The translations under genes and the position numbers were made by a program. The notes beneath the pieces were generated by a model. It searched no databases and was not told the origin of the DNA. It was given only the letters and a program-made list of their open reading frames with translations. Positions 21,733 to 43,300 of a stretch of DNA of 64,000 nt are shown in pieces. Within the stretch, counting starts at the first letter, position 1. Every line of letters begins with the position of its first letter. This stretch comes from the human T2T-CHM13v2.0 reference genome, Homo sapiens, in the NCBI RefSeq assembly GCF_009914755.1, contig NC_060925.1, one strand, 5' to 3'.

Positions 21733-22684
21733 CTGTGTGGGGACAGCGAGGGCAGACTTGAGTGGATAGGCACCCTCCCGCCACGTCCACCCAGGCTGCC
21801 CAGGTCTTCCAAGGGACTTGAACTAGCTCAGGGAGGTAGGGGAGATGTGTGGTGGAGCCCGGATCCTTCTCCTGAACCCTGACTGCTAGATCCTCTGCCC
21901 AGTCCCCACCTCCACATGGAGGTCTCAAAGTCATCTGAAACAGCTCACATCCAAGACAGAAGATGGATCTTGACCCCTGAGGCCAATGCTCCCTTCCCAG
22001 TCTCAGCTCATGGAAACAACAGCTTTCTCGTTGCCCAGGCCAAAGCCTTGGGGCTCTGTTTTGACCCCTTTCTTTGTCCCATAGCCCACATCCGATCCCC
22101 AGCAAGTCCTGCAGCCCTCTTTTTTTGTTTAAAATAGGTGCAGGGTCTCCCTATGTTGCCCAGGCTGATCTCAAACTCTTGAACTCAAGCAATCCTCCTG
22201 CCTCGGCCTCTCAAAGTGCTGGGATTACAGGCATGAGCTGCCACCGTGCCGACCTCTAACTTCAAAACAGATCCAGACTCTGGGTACTTCTGCCACCTTC
22301 TGCCACTGCCCCCGTGTCCAGGCCACGTCACCACGTCTCTGGATGGGCTCCCTCCTCCGCCTCTGCCACCCCCTCCTGCTCCCCCCTACAGTCCATTCTC
22401 AACACAGAAGCAGCAGGGCTGCTTGAAAACCCGAGTCTGCTCCAGTGAGTCCTCCACTCGGAGCTCTTCAGCGCTCCCCACTCCACATGCTCCTTACGGT
22501 CGCAGCGGGGCCAACCCTTATGGTCACAGTGGGGCCAACCCTGAAGCCACACCGACCTCCTTGTTATGCTGCAGACACGCAGCACCCCCGCCCCAGGGCT
22601 CCGCACTGGCTGCTCCCTTGCTCTGGAATGCCCGTCTCCATCTGTCCCCAGGGCTCCCCCCGGCCCTCTTCAAGACTTTGCTCA

Positions 22685-23011
<327 letters not shown>

Positions 23012-23408
23012 TCAAAAATAAATAAGTAAATAAATAAATACATAAATAACTGCACGTGCACTTCCTAGACAGTCCCATCCTCACGTTCCGCTTTTTATTT
23101 TAGTCTGTTTCCCACAGTTTGTCTCACCCTCAGTCCCACGATGTTATTCACCCTTGTTCCTTGGGCTTATTGCTTATCATCGTCCTCCCCTCCAGAATGC
23201 AAGCCCCCTCCCTGCACAGGGAGGGCCTGCTGTACCCCAAGCCCACCCACCTCCTCTCCAGAAGGAGAACAAAAACGTGAGCTCGAGCCAGACTTGGCTT
23301 TCCTCCTGGGAATGTCTTTCATGAGAGGAAGGAGGAGATTCCTTCCAGATCAAAGCTGAATTTGTAAAAATAGATGAAACTGCTCATGATGAACACGTGA
23401 TTTTTTTT

Positions 23409-25720
<2,312 letters not shown>

Positions 25721-26083
25721 CAAAAAGAAGATTTCAGACCAATGGGAAGTCCCACAGCCATCTCCAGCAAGGACTCCACCTGAGGCAGAAGTGGGGTCTA
25801 GGGCGGGTGAGAACTGGTTACATTTCCAAGCAAAAAGAAAAGAGAAAACTAAAGGTCTTGACGCGAGAAGACACAACGGGAGTGGAGGGTGGGGATTAGG
25901 TGTCCAGATGGCCACAGCTGCAAGGTGCCTCCTGACTCAGAAATGGCTGCTGGGTAGACAGAATGGCCTACAAGATGGGTACACACCCTCCTACAATTTC
26001 AGCCCTGAAAACTCAGAGGGCAAATAGAAACACAGGGACTCACTCCAGCAAGCCTGCAGGATGAGCCCGGAAGTCTAAATTCA

Positions 26084-26666
<583 letters not shown>

Positions 26667-27302
26667 CTAGTTCCACATGTGCAGACTGGGAGGCAGGAAC
26701 AAGGAGGAACTGGGCCAAGGTGTCAGAGGAAAGCCATTCTTTCGTAGGCTCTCCAGCCAGCCCAGCCTACTCATTTCTGAATTCCGGAAACCCCTGCCAT
26801 TTAGGATATAATAAATCACTAGGAAAAGTTAGGTGAGTTATTTGCATCACTGATTGTGAAATTCCACAGTCTTCCCTTCCCCTGGGGCAGCCCGGCCTTG
26901 GGTCCGTCCTCACCTTTTAGCTAAATTCCTCAAGTTTAAGCAGCCACCACAGGCCGTCCACCAGGGGGCAGGAGAGGGCCATGACCAAGGACACAGCAGC
27001 CCTGTCTGCAGCAGCCCTGTGCCCCCACAGGCCCTTAATCGGCTAAGCCTCGTTTCCTTATCTACAAAGGAGTAACAGGACCCGGCTCCTAACGGGGCAG
27101 TGGGAACCAATGCACGATCCGTGTAACACAGCGTGTTGCATGGTGTCTGGTGCACAGTAAGTGCCTGGTCCCCTCTGGCCCATCACTGGTTCTGTCCCCA
27201 GAGACGCAACCTGTCCCCTCGGGGGGCCAAACTCAATGCCAGGCCTTGCACCTGGGCACAGCGGCCATGCAGAGGGCCCTGAGCTCTAAGGGCAGCGCCT
27301 AC

Positions 27303-27516
27303 CGCTCTGTTGATGTGCTTCCGGACCAGGAGGTACAGCAGAGGCAGCAGCACATATGCCAGCATCTCCCACAGCTTCCCCGTCAGCAGCATCCACAGGA
27401 CATGGTCCTTGGCCTCCAGGTCGATCCAGCACCAGCCCACAGACACGTCCGAGGCGTCATAGCCAATCTTCTTCAGGGCGACGGCTGCCACAGTGATGAC
27501 CAACGGGACCCCCCAG
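27303..27516 (-). CDS. GPR157: GPR157 coding exon 2 (TM4-ECL2-TM5)
   Basis: Polypyrimidine tract plus CAG acceptor. Continues the exon 1 frame (S)WGVPLVITVAAVALKKIGYDASDVSVGWCWID...KHINRA. Donor GCG|GTAGGC. 214 nt. Confidence 0.95.
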
Positions 27517-27692
27517 CTGAGGAAGGAGGAGAGAAAGAGGCATCGGGGTCAGGCCATGGCTCCCGGCAATGTCAGCCTTCGCAAAAATGACGGAGGACGC
27601 CCTTCAGAAAGGGGATGCTCTCCAGAGCCTGGATGGCACAGTGGCCCTGGAAAATAAGAAGGGGTAGGTGTTGCCCTGGGAGCCTGGCTCTA

Positions 27693-28830
<1,138 letters not shown>

Positions 28831-29495
28831 TAGGCCCCTTCCCTGTGGTCCTTGAACCAGTCTGTTCCTTACATAGCAATGGAGCACACAAAGGCTATAG
28901 TGGCTCCTGAGAGAGGCAGGTAGTGGGGTAGTTAAGAGCTTGGATTTTAGTGTAGTGGGCTTGGATTTTAGTGCAGCGGGCTGGATCCAAGTCCCACTTC
29001 TGCCCCTGCTCGGGCAAGTTATTTAGCCTCAACATGCCAGGTTCTCTGCAAAGTGTGGATGACGACAGTGACTACAGGGTGTCATTGTCGGGTCGTTATG
29101 AGAACAAATACATGTGTGTACAGAGCACAGGGCCAGGCAGGTGTGTGAGTGTTTGCTGCTGTCGTGACTGTTGTGAGTCACGTCCTGCTGTCCCAGGGTT
29201 CAGGCCTGTGGTGCAGACACTGGTGCTGCGTGGGGCCCGTCTGGTTTCTGTCCTGGGAAGAAGACACAAGTACCCCTGTCCTAGGTCAGGTGCCTGGAGC
29301 GCAAAGCCTTAGGTAAACAGGAATGATACTATGATAACTGTGAGATCAGAGTTCAACATGAATCTGAGGCCAGAATGAGGCCAGGAGAACTGTGCTTCAA
29401 GGGTTTCTCCCAAATGCTGCAGGGCTGGCAGAGCAGGCCAGGCAGGGATGAGGATGGAAGGGAAAAGTCAGTTCCCTGGGACTGGGAAGGCCTCA

Positions 29496-30445
<950 letters not shown>

Positions 30446-31821
30446 TTACAGTTGCAGGATTCCGCTAAGGAATTCTGGGAAGGAGGTGAGCACTGTATGT
30501 AGGAACAGTCCCCCTGCAGGAGGCTGGTCTGGAGCTGGGGGTCACTCAAATAGGGGATTCCCCTCTGAGTTGGGCCTGGGAGGGTCATGGTCGGCACAGC
30601 ACTCCTTTGGGCTCCCTCTGCATCCCGACGGGCCCTCATGGGAAACCGGGGGACCACACGGAACCGCACTCTGTAACTTTAGGGTTGCAGTACTAAAGCT
30701 ACAAGGCGGTAGATTTCTTCTGTGATACTGAGTTTGTGCTGGGAAATAACCAAAGGGAAGGTCAAATAGGCAGAGGGTTTTGAAAGGGTTAAGAATGTGG
30801 GTTTAAATTAGCCAGGCGTGGCAGTACACACCTGTAATCCCAGCTACTCAGGAGGCTGAGGCAGGAGAATCATCTGAACCTGAGAGGCAGAGGTTGCAGT
30901 GAGCCAAGATTGTGCCACTGCACTTCAGCCTGGGTGACAGAGCGAGACTCCGTCTCAAAAAAAAAAAAAAAAAAAAGAATAAAAGAATATGGGCCTGATC
31001 AACAGGGAGGGGTTGTTTGAACACACAGAAGGAGCAGCTGTGTGAGGGCCAGAAGCTGCCAGAGGGTGGTATTTGAGAGAGAGGAGGTAAGAGGTAGAAT
31101 CAGGGAGCCGGTGGAAATGGAGAGGGTGGAATGGTCCACTGATCCTGCAAAGCGGGCTGAGCCAGACTGACTCACGTACAGGCATGGACAGTGGTGTGTT
31201 GGGAACATTTCACAACTGGCTCTCCAGAAAAACATAGACGTGTGCATGTGTGCATGTATGCATGTTTACACACACACACATATAAATGTATAAATTTCAC
31301 CTGCAGGATGTGAAGCATACAATTTATAAATAATAATAAAGTATACAATAATAATACTCCTTCTTTATTGTCCATTTCATGCAGCCAATTGATTCTCACA
31401 GAATGCTTTTGTTGATTTCAGCCAAACCCTGGATTTTGCCAACCTGTGGATGCAATCAGCAAATGAGAGCGCTCCGTGGCATGAAGTTAATTGATGCTTT
31501 CATTTCCCTTAACGGGATGAAAATGAAGTAAGGAAGACATAGAAAACAAGACATATGTTGGTTGCTCATGTCACTGGTTGGTGACATGAGCAACTTCTTT
31601 GCTGAATCAGGTACGAGTTTTCTTCCCCCCACACTGGGAGACTGTTTCCTCAATTTGTTTCTGCTCCATGATCCTGTCTCTTCTCCTTACCTCTTTTTTA
31701 CATACTGGGTTTTCTGCCTGCCCCAACACAGCTGCCATCTCTTCTTAAGCTCAGAGATAAGTAACACTTAAGTTTAATCTATACCTTTAATGTCTTCTCC
31801 ATTACTTTCTTAAGTCTAGAT

Positions 31822-32032
31822 CAGGGGTCCAGCAAACTGTGGCTCTCAGGCCAAATCTGGCCCACAGTTTTTTTTTTTTTTTAGATAAAGTTTTATTGCA
31901 ACACAGGCACACCTAGTCATTTACAGATTGTCTACCGCTGCTTTCAGGCAGAGTTGAGCAGTTACAACTGAGACTGCCTGGTCCACAAAGCTGAAAACAC
32001 TTACTTTACAGGAAAACTTTGCTGATCTCTGC
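31822..32032. mobile_element. MER58A-like MITE
   Basis: CAGGGGTCCAGCAAACT...GGCCAAATCTGGCCC...CTTTGCTGATCTCTG terminal inverted repeats. Confidence 0.7.
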
Positions 32033-32167
32033 TCTACACAATCAACAAAGCAATAAATCAAGCCTTGATTTGTAGTCTTTGCCAACTTCCATGTGTAAAT
32101 ACTTCCACCATGGCCAATTTCCAGCCACCAACACATGTGGCTGGGAACAGATGCACATAGCACACCA

Positions 32168-32646
32168 TTATATATATATTATATTATATATATATATAAT
32201 ATAATTATATATATTATATTATATATATATAATATAATTATATATATTTATATTATATATATTATATATAATATAATTATATATAATTATATTATATATA
32301 TTATATATAATATAATTATATATAATTATATTATATATATTATATTATATATAATTATATATAATTATATTATATATTATATGTAATATAAATATATATA
32401 ATTATATTATATATATTATATGTAATATAATTATATATATTTATATTATATATTATATATAATATAATTATATATATAATTATAATATATATTATATATA
32501 ATATAATTATATATATAATTTATATATTATATATAATATAATTATAGATATAATATATATATAATTATATATATTATATATATAATTATATATAAATTAT
32601 ATATATTATATATATAATATATATAATTATATATATATATATATTT
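32168..32646. repeat. AT-only degenerate (TA)n/(TATAAT)n array
   Basis: ~480 bp almost entirely A/T. Confidence 0.95.
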
Positions 32647-33863
32647 TCACCACAGAGATATGATAGACACAACAACCTCAAGCATGTAAAGAGCAAAATA
32701 GCTATGACACGATGAGCTTTGAGTATTTATGGCTTTTTTTTTTTATTTTATTATTCCCAGCACTTTGAGAGGCCGAGGCGGGCGGATCATGAGGTCAGGA
32801 GTTTGAGACCAGCCTGACCAACATGGTGAAACCCCGTCTCTACTAAAAATACAAAAAAATTATCTGGGCATAGTGGCACGTGCCTGTAATCCCAGCTACT
32901 CAGGAGGCTAAGGCAGGAGAATTGATTGTTGATTGAACCGGGGAGGTGGCAGTGAGCCAAGATCGTGCCACTGCACTCCAGCCTGGGTGACAGAGGAAAA
33001 AAAAAAAAAAGCATTATTATTTTAGAGACAGGGTCTTGCTCTGTTGCCCAGACTGGAGTGCAGTGGCATAGTCATGGCTCACTGCAGCCTCCAAATCTCG
33101 GACTCAAGTAATCCTCTCACCTCAACCTCCAGAGTAGGGGGTACTACAGACACATGCTACCATGCCCGGCTTATTTTTTGCTTTTTGTAGAGACAAAGGC
33201 TTGCTTTATTGCCCAGGCTGGTCTTGAACTCCTGGCTTCAAGTTATCTTCTCGCCCTGGCCTCTCAAAGTGCTGGGATTACAGACAAGAGCCGCCATGCC
33301 CAGTCTATTATTTTTCAAAATGGGATCTCACTATGTTTTCTCAAGTGATCCTCCCGTCTCAGCCTCCCAAGGAGCTAGGACTACAGGCAGGAGCCCCATG
33401 CCCAGCTCTGTTTTTAATATAATCTAGTTTTTAATACTGGTCGTATCTAACAATCAGCTCACAAAATTCCCTAAAATGGAACAATCGGGTCTCTCAAGCT
33501 GGCTCCAGGACACTAGCAGACACAGGATAAAAACGATAAGGAGATGACAGTGCCCCAGGTTCCTGACTACAGGGTAAGGAGAAAGTTGGTGTATCTGGAA
33601 CTCTCAGAAGGATAAACAGGGCAGTTCTCCAGCCAGGGGGCCACCCTGAGCTGCAGGTAGTCTAAATCTGATAGGTGCTCCACAAACACATGTGTGGCAT
33701 AAATCCTGCTTTCTAGAAATGCGTATTGCAGTTCTGACATGTAGCTGGGCACGGTGGCTCACGCCTGTAATACCAGCACTTTGGGAGGCCGAGGTGGGCA
33801 GATCACCTGAAGTCAGAAGTTTGAGACCAGCCTCGCCAACATGGCGAAACCCCATCTCTACTA

Positions 33864-34103
<240 letters not shown>

Positions 34104-34844
34104 CTAACAGTTTTTCCCCCCTTCATACGGGAAGCCACCACCCCAAAAAAATAAAGCCAGAACAAGTAACACAGGGCTTAATAACTGCACATATGAAAAA
34201 GACCAAGGGATTTGGTTGATTACAACCTAGAAATTCATGTGGTTGGAGGGGTCATCCTGCTGCTCAGATGTGGGTGGCTCAGAACAGCCAATGGCTGGTG
34301 CTGTCTGCCTGTGAGTGGACATCTGCAGCTCACATTCTAAACCTGAGACTGACAAGCTGGCGCCAGTGCCAGGTCACCTGAGGAGCATGTAAAGAGACGC
34401 TGGGCCTTGAGCTATCCTCAAATGGTTAAAAAGTCTTGAAGAGGACCTGGTGGTGGAGAAGTGGTTAGATGCCGGAGGAATGGGCGGGGTCCTGCCCAGT
34501 CCTAAATCTGGGGGCTGAATAGGCAGCTTCCACTGAGAGAAGGTGAGTGCTCATGTTCAGGGGGTGCCATGACAGGTGCTGGGTGGGGGTGCAAGGTGGG
34601 GATGTGGGTTAGAGCAGGTGACCCATAAGGCCCCTCCTGTCTAAACCTGTGACTCTGAGGCTGGGAGGAGGCCAAGCTGAGCCTGCCTGGACGGAGGAAG
34701 CCCGGGACAGCCACCTCGTGTGTAACTCTGATTGGCAGGGGCACCACAAGCTTCTCCCAGAGGTACCTGGGCCCCAGTTCCAACTTGTATTTGCCTAGAA
34801 ATGAAAGCCAGACTCCAAGTCGGCTTCCTTCCCACTCAGAGGCC

Positions 34845-35845
<1,001 letters not shown>

Positions 35846-37227
35846 GCTTTCTACAGACTAGGCGGGAGAGACATGTGTCCTGGCAGGCGGTACTATCCCA
35901 GCTCCTAGGGCCCCCAATCTCAGAGGTCAGGGATGACTTGGAAACTCCCTACCCCCACAATGCCCAGATTGGCAAAGCTGGGCCGGGACCCTCCACCAGC
36001 TCATGGAGGAGAAAATGACAAAAAGCCATTCATACTTGTCAGGAGCTTAGCCCTTTTTGGAACTCAACACCTTTTAAGTGTCCTCCAGAGAAAGGAAGTG
36101 GAAGTACTGCCGGGGATTAGCCAAGCAGTGAATAAACCATCTGCGAGACCTGAATTCCCCTGCGTGGTGTCGTGGTGTCGGTCAGATGACCACAGGCAGG
36201 CCACTTGTCCCCAGGACAGCAATGCTCTCGGTTTCCCTGCCCTTCAGAGCGGGTCCTTGGGAGTTCCCAGCGCTGCCCAACCGGGGATCTTCTGTTGTGT
36301 GGTTCCTGGAACCTGTCCCCACCAGAGTCAGGGTGGGGGCACCTGCAGACAGGGAGACACACCTCCACTTCACACACAAATGGACAGTTATATTGAAAAG
36401 CAGCCCACTGGTTTTCAAAGACCCTTAGGATGCCATCCCTGCTGCCAGGAAGGGGTCAGAGGTTAGACTGAAGGGGGCTCAAGGCAGAGTCTGCTCAATC
36501 ACCTGCCCCCACCCTGGGATTCCTGTACCTTTTCCCCACCCCAAACTTCATCCTTCCTACAGATCTCTGGGGGCTGGCACCTGCCAGGAGGAAAACAAGC
36601 AGGTCCCTTCTCTGGGCCAAACACAATGCCTGGTGTAGGTACCATGAGACCTGGGGATGTTAACATAACTCAGAAAACGCTTTGAGAACCAAACTCTTGT
36701 GCAACAATATGCCAATTTAAAAACCTCAGGACAGAGCAGGGCTGGGGGAAGCCCAGCTGTAGGGAGTGAGGCCTGGTGAGAGGCTGCCTGGAGGTTTCTT
36801 CCCTGGGAACAATGGACACTTATTGTCCAGCTCCAGCGGCAGAAGGGTCAGGACTTGGGAGAAGTTCAGGGAGTCAGCCCCTAGGCCAGGCTACCACGAG
36901 GTCACTCTGCAGCTTTAACTGCAGAAGGGGAGAGGAATGTCTAAAGGAACTCGCAGATGCACACTCATGCCCTAGTGCCACCGTCTGTAGCCCTCAGCTC
37001 AGGGATGGGCAGCCTGAGTTCTCACACCTCCTGCCAAGTTGCTGGTGCTCAGCGCTCTGCCATGAGCTTCCTGCTGCACACAGGGACACAGCGCTGCCAC
37101 CTTCACCAGTCACCTCAGAAAACTTTTATGGGGAAATAAACGAAACCAGTTCAATGATTGATATTTTCAGGAGTAGTGGCCGACATGGGGTACTATTCAT
37201 GTGGCCACTGCATCCATCCCTCATTCA

Positions 37228-38117
<890 letters not shown>

Positions 38118-39429
38118 TCATACCCACACCTGCCCCCAGCTCAGCGGGGCCAGAAGAAACTCAGAGATTCCCGAGATGAACCGGGTCGGCCAGGACGCTT
38201 CCTTCTGACCCCCAAATGAGCTGTCCCGACCCTTTAGCAGCCCCCCTATGCTCACAGGCCATACAGCTGATGCCTGGCCCCATGGAGGTCCTGGTGGAGG
38301 GGGTGGTCACCTCACCCCTGCTGACCCTGGTCTGGCATCACGCTGGCGCCCACCACCGTGCGGGGAGGAAGGGCTGCGCCACTCTTGGAAAGGCAGGTCC
38401 CCTTATGTGGGAGGTGGGGAAATGACCCCCTCCACAGCAGCTCTGGCCTCCCTCAGGTGGGCGTGGTAAACACACAGCCACTCAGGCACACCACATGAAA
38501 GTCAAAGACAAGGACGTCTGTGGGAGCCGCCTCACCAGCTAAGACAGAGTAGAAAGGGACTTCTTAAACACAGGGACTTCCCCTGAACATTGAGTATCTC
38601 ACACAACCTTAAAAAAGCAACTGCCACCAAAAAATTCAAAATGCTGTCAGAATCAGTGGACACGAAACGCTTGGGTGAAAGCTGGAGACGTGATAGGCTT
38701 TCGAGCCACCGTTGTCTCTCAGCAAGACACTTCTTAACTACAAAAGGGAAAAGAGTTAACTTGCAGTGCAGGAACTTGGCAGATATCACCTTAGCCCAGT
38801 GATGAGAGTTAACATCACCAGTAAGGGAATATGTCCAAGTTGCTGGCCACCAGGTAGAAAGCAATGAGAAAAACATGTTTCTGGGATATCCTGCCAAACA
38901 TGCACAACCTGAACCCACTTATGAGGAAGCACCAGACAAACCCAAATTGAGAGGCTTTCTATAAAATACCGGGACTGTACTCTTCAAAAATGTCAGTATC
39001 ATAAAACACCAAGAAAGGTGGGAGAACTGTTTCAGATGGAAGGAGAATAAAGATATATGAAAATTAAGTCAACATACAAGCCAAGATTTTCCTTTGCTAT
39101 CAGGGACACTGTTAGTCCATGGACAAAAATCTCAATAAAGGCCAGCTGCGGTGGCTCACACCTGTAATCCCAGCACTTTGGGAGGCTGAGGTGGGTGGAT
39201 CACTTGAGGTCAGGAGTTTGAGATCAGCCTGAGCAACACGGTGAAACCCCATCTCTACTAAAAATACCAAATTAGCCAGGCATGGTGGCGCATGCCTGTC
39301 ATCCCAGCTACTTGGAAGGCTGAGGCAGGAGAGTCACTTGAACACGGGAGGTGGAGGTTGCAGTGAGCCGAGAGATCGCACCATTGTACCCCAGCCTGGG
39401 CAACAAGAGTGAAACTGTCTTGGGTGGGG

Positions 39430-40090
39430 AAAAAAAAAAATATATATATATATATAAATAAAATTTATATATATATTTATTAAAATATATATTTAAATAT
39501 ATATTAAAATATATATTTAATTTAAATATATATATTTAATTTAAATATATATTTAAATTAAATATATATATTTAATTTAAATATATATTTAAATTAAATA
39601 TATATATTTAAATTAAATATATATTTAATTTAAATACATATTAAAATATATATATTTAATTTAAATACATATTAAAATATATATTTAATTTAAATATATA
39701 TTTTAAAAATATATAAATTATATATTCAAAATATATATTTAATTTAAATATATATTTAAAATATATATATTTAAATATATTTTAAATATATATTTAATAT
39801 TAATGTAAATTTAATATATATTTAAAATTAAATATATTTTAAATATACATTAATATTAAATATATATTAAATATATATTTAATATTAAATATATATTTAA
39901 TATATATTTAATTTTAAATATGTATTTATATATAATTTTAAATATATATTTAATATTATATATTTAATATTATATATATATAATATTAAATATATATTTA
40001 ATATTATATATATTTAATATTAAATATATATTTAATATTATATATATTTAATATTAAATATATATACAAATATTTAATTTTAATTGTTTT
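39430..40090. repeat. AT-only degenerate array (TTTAAATATATA-type units) between two tail-to-tail Alus
   Basis: ~660 bp almost entirely A/T. Plus-strand Alu at ~39140-39440 and minus-strand Alu at ~40085-40373. Confidence 0.95.
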
Positions 40091-40097
40091 GAGATAG

Positions 40098-40196
<99 letters not shown>

Positions 40197-40503
40197 TGAG
40201 GAGCTGGGACTGCAGCCGCACACCACCACACTCGGCTAATTTTTTAAATTTTTTGTAGAGACAGGATTTTGCCATGTTGCCCAGGCTGGTCTCAAACTCC
40301 TGGGCTCAAGTAATCCATCCACCTCAGCCTCCCAAACTGCTGGGACTACTGGCGTGAGCCACTGTGCCCAACCTAAAAATAAATTATTGTTGAAATTGTA
40401 TCTCAGTTTTTAAAACCTGTTACAGCCAAAAGACAACATAGACTCCTAAAAGGAGTCTTGGACTGGGTCAGAAGTAGATTCTAACTCTGAGCCTCTCCTT
40501 TAC

Positions 40504-41375
40504 TGAAGGGAGACTCCCTGAAACTATTGGTATGGCATAAAAGATGAAATGCTCCTGATTATTGTAAATACAAAATTGCATGCAGGATTGTGTAAAGACA
40601 ATGCCAGGTTGGACTGCCAGAATGAGCCAACAGCGCGTGATGTGCTTCCCCCTGCAGAGAGCCTATGAATGGACGTGCAGTCAGGGAGGTTTCACATCAC
40701 CAAGATTCCTATCCCAGAAAAGCAGATGTTCATAGCTCTGGGAATGGAATGCGACCCTTGTGGAGAGCCTATAAACGGACTCATGGGGTGTGCCTGTCCA
40801 TATGGACAACATAGGGCTATAAACGCCCTCACCTATAAACACCCCACGGCTCTTCTAGGCCTCTTTAGGGTTATGGCATACTCCCTTCTGAGAATTTCTG
40901 GTCTAACTGGTTGTCTAGCTTCACCTCCCGTTGCTATGGATTGTTTGTAACCAGCTTTTGCTGCAACTGTTACTGCTGATTAATATCTTGCTAATCATAG
41001 GTTATGGAAAGACTGTATTTCTGTTTTAAGGCTCTGTTAGAAATTACTGATGCACACACTATATTGTAAATTCTTATCCCTGTATACTGTACTTCTGCAT
41101 ACAGATGTTATGTTAAAGAATTACTTCATCACCATGTGACCGTCTCACCTCATAATCAAATGACCCTAAATCCCTCACTAACCTACCCCCGCCCTCACTA
41201 AACTTAATAATAAATGCTGGTATATCCAGTGCATTGTTGGCACCGCGGGCGACCCCCCTGTTGGACCCAGCTTTCACTATCTTGTGTGTGTCTATTATTT
41301 CTTGACCTGCCGATCTGCCTGGGAACAAAGAGAGAGCCCCATTGCATTGCCGGCTGCTGGCCAGATCCCACAATA
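40504..41375 (+). mobile_element. ERVK-class solo LTR, MER11D-like, antisense in GPR157 intron 1
   Basis: TGAAGGGAGACTCCCTGAAACTATTG start, ~870 bp, AATAAA at ~41208, near-perfect 6-bp TSD CTTTAC/CCTTAC. Interrupts a MIR-like sequence. Confidence 0.75.
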
Positions 41376-42167
41376 CCTTACTAGCTATGTAGCCCTGGGC
41401 CATCACATCTGCTATGAGGGTAATCACCCCACCCATCCATTCTGTTGGGTTACTTTTTTTTTCTTTTTCTTTTTTTTTGAGACAGGTCTCACTCTGTCAC
41501 TCCGGCTGGAATGCAGTGGTGGTCTCGGCTCACTGCAGCCTCAACCTCCTGGGCTGAAGTGATCCTCCTGCCTCAGCCTCCCAAAGTGCTGGGATTACAG
41601 GTGTGAGCTACCACTCCTGGCCCTGTTGGGTTATTGGTGATTAGTGAGCTAATGAATGGAACAGCACTCTGCAAACATCAGGGGCCAGACACAGCTCATG
41701 CTGAAATGTGATTTCCTGAGGATGAGGTCTAAACTGCCCTCCTCTCTCTGTAAAGGGGGCCACGCAGGTGCTCTCCTGGGAACTTGTGCACGTGCAGGAT
41801 TCTCTCTAACCTCCTGCCTTTATGTGGCTGTAATCAGTGTTAGCGATGGTTTCTGTCACTTCGCATTGAATCATATCATTTAAAAAAATGACTTACAGAA
41901 TTCAAAACCAGTATCAAAGAGCTGCATACCATTTCAGAAGGGGAGGGTAGACTCTTAACTTCCTGTTCCCCCACTGTTGGACCTTGAGGTCACTTCCAAA
42001 TTCTCACCATAAGTGCCTCACAAACACCTTCGTACATACAGCTTTGTACATATTTTAGATTATCTCATTAGACTAGGCTTTGGTAAATAGGATTATTGGA
42101 TCAAGGGGTATGAACCAAATACTTTCTACAAAGACTATTTCAATTCACACCATCAATAATACTGTAG

Positions 42168-42332
<165 letters not shown>

Positions 42333-43147
42333 TGAGTAGTTGGGACACGCACCACCACACCCAGCTAATTTTTGTAATTTTAGTAGAGACGCGGTTTTGC
42401 CACGTTGGCCAGGCTGGTCTCAAACTCCTGACCTCAAGTGATCCGCCCACCTTGGCCTCCCAAAGTGCTGGGATTTACAGGCATGAGCCACCGTGCCCAA
42501 CTCTGCCTTACTATTTTTTTCCTTCAAATTAAATGAGGAAATGGTACCTTACTGTTATAACTTGTATTGCTTTGCATATTAATGGTATATGACATATTTT
42601 TTCAACTGCTGTTACTATTTTGCTTGAGTATGTCCTTTGTCCATTTTTCAGGATATTTGTGGGTTTAAAACAATTCAATTCCTAAACGCACATTAGAATA
42701 AGGATGTCAACCTTCTGTGTTGTCGTATTTTAAAATACTTTCTAAAACTGAAAGCTTTGAAGAGGACTGAATTCCAGTAGTATGAAATGGTTAAAAAGTG
42801 GATAATCATGTAGTCTATGCCTGAAGGTGATATTTCTCACATCAATAGATCCTGCAAACAATAAACTAATATTCCAAAGAAATACACTGGAGAGTCCTTA
42901 GTAAGGTCATTGGCAATACAGTCTGGGAAGATCTAGGTTAACAGATGAACCTGTTAGGCAGGTTTAACCAATTCCCTTAGACTAGCGAAGTCTGAGTGCT
43001 GAGAACTCCAGAGAATAAATTGTCAAACTCCCTCTCTAGCTTGGATACAGATAATTTTATTTTCTTTTAAGATGCAGGCAGGTCACATTCAACAGACAAG
43101 ATGAATACGTTGCTTGTTTTTTCTTTTCTTTTTCCTTCATTTTTTAA

Positions 43148-43300
<153 letters not shown>

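Larger units (their letters stand above)
31189..33515. mobile_element. MER63-like (hAT-Blackjack) DNA transposon remnant hosting MER58A, an AT array and Alus
   Basis: Left end CAGTGGTGTGTTGG..ACAACTGGCTCTCC and degenerate right end GCTGGCTCCAGGACACTAG. Confidence 0.5.

Noticed and set aside
32135-32386. Ile/Tyr-rich 83-aa ORF
   Set aside because: Translation of the AT array.
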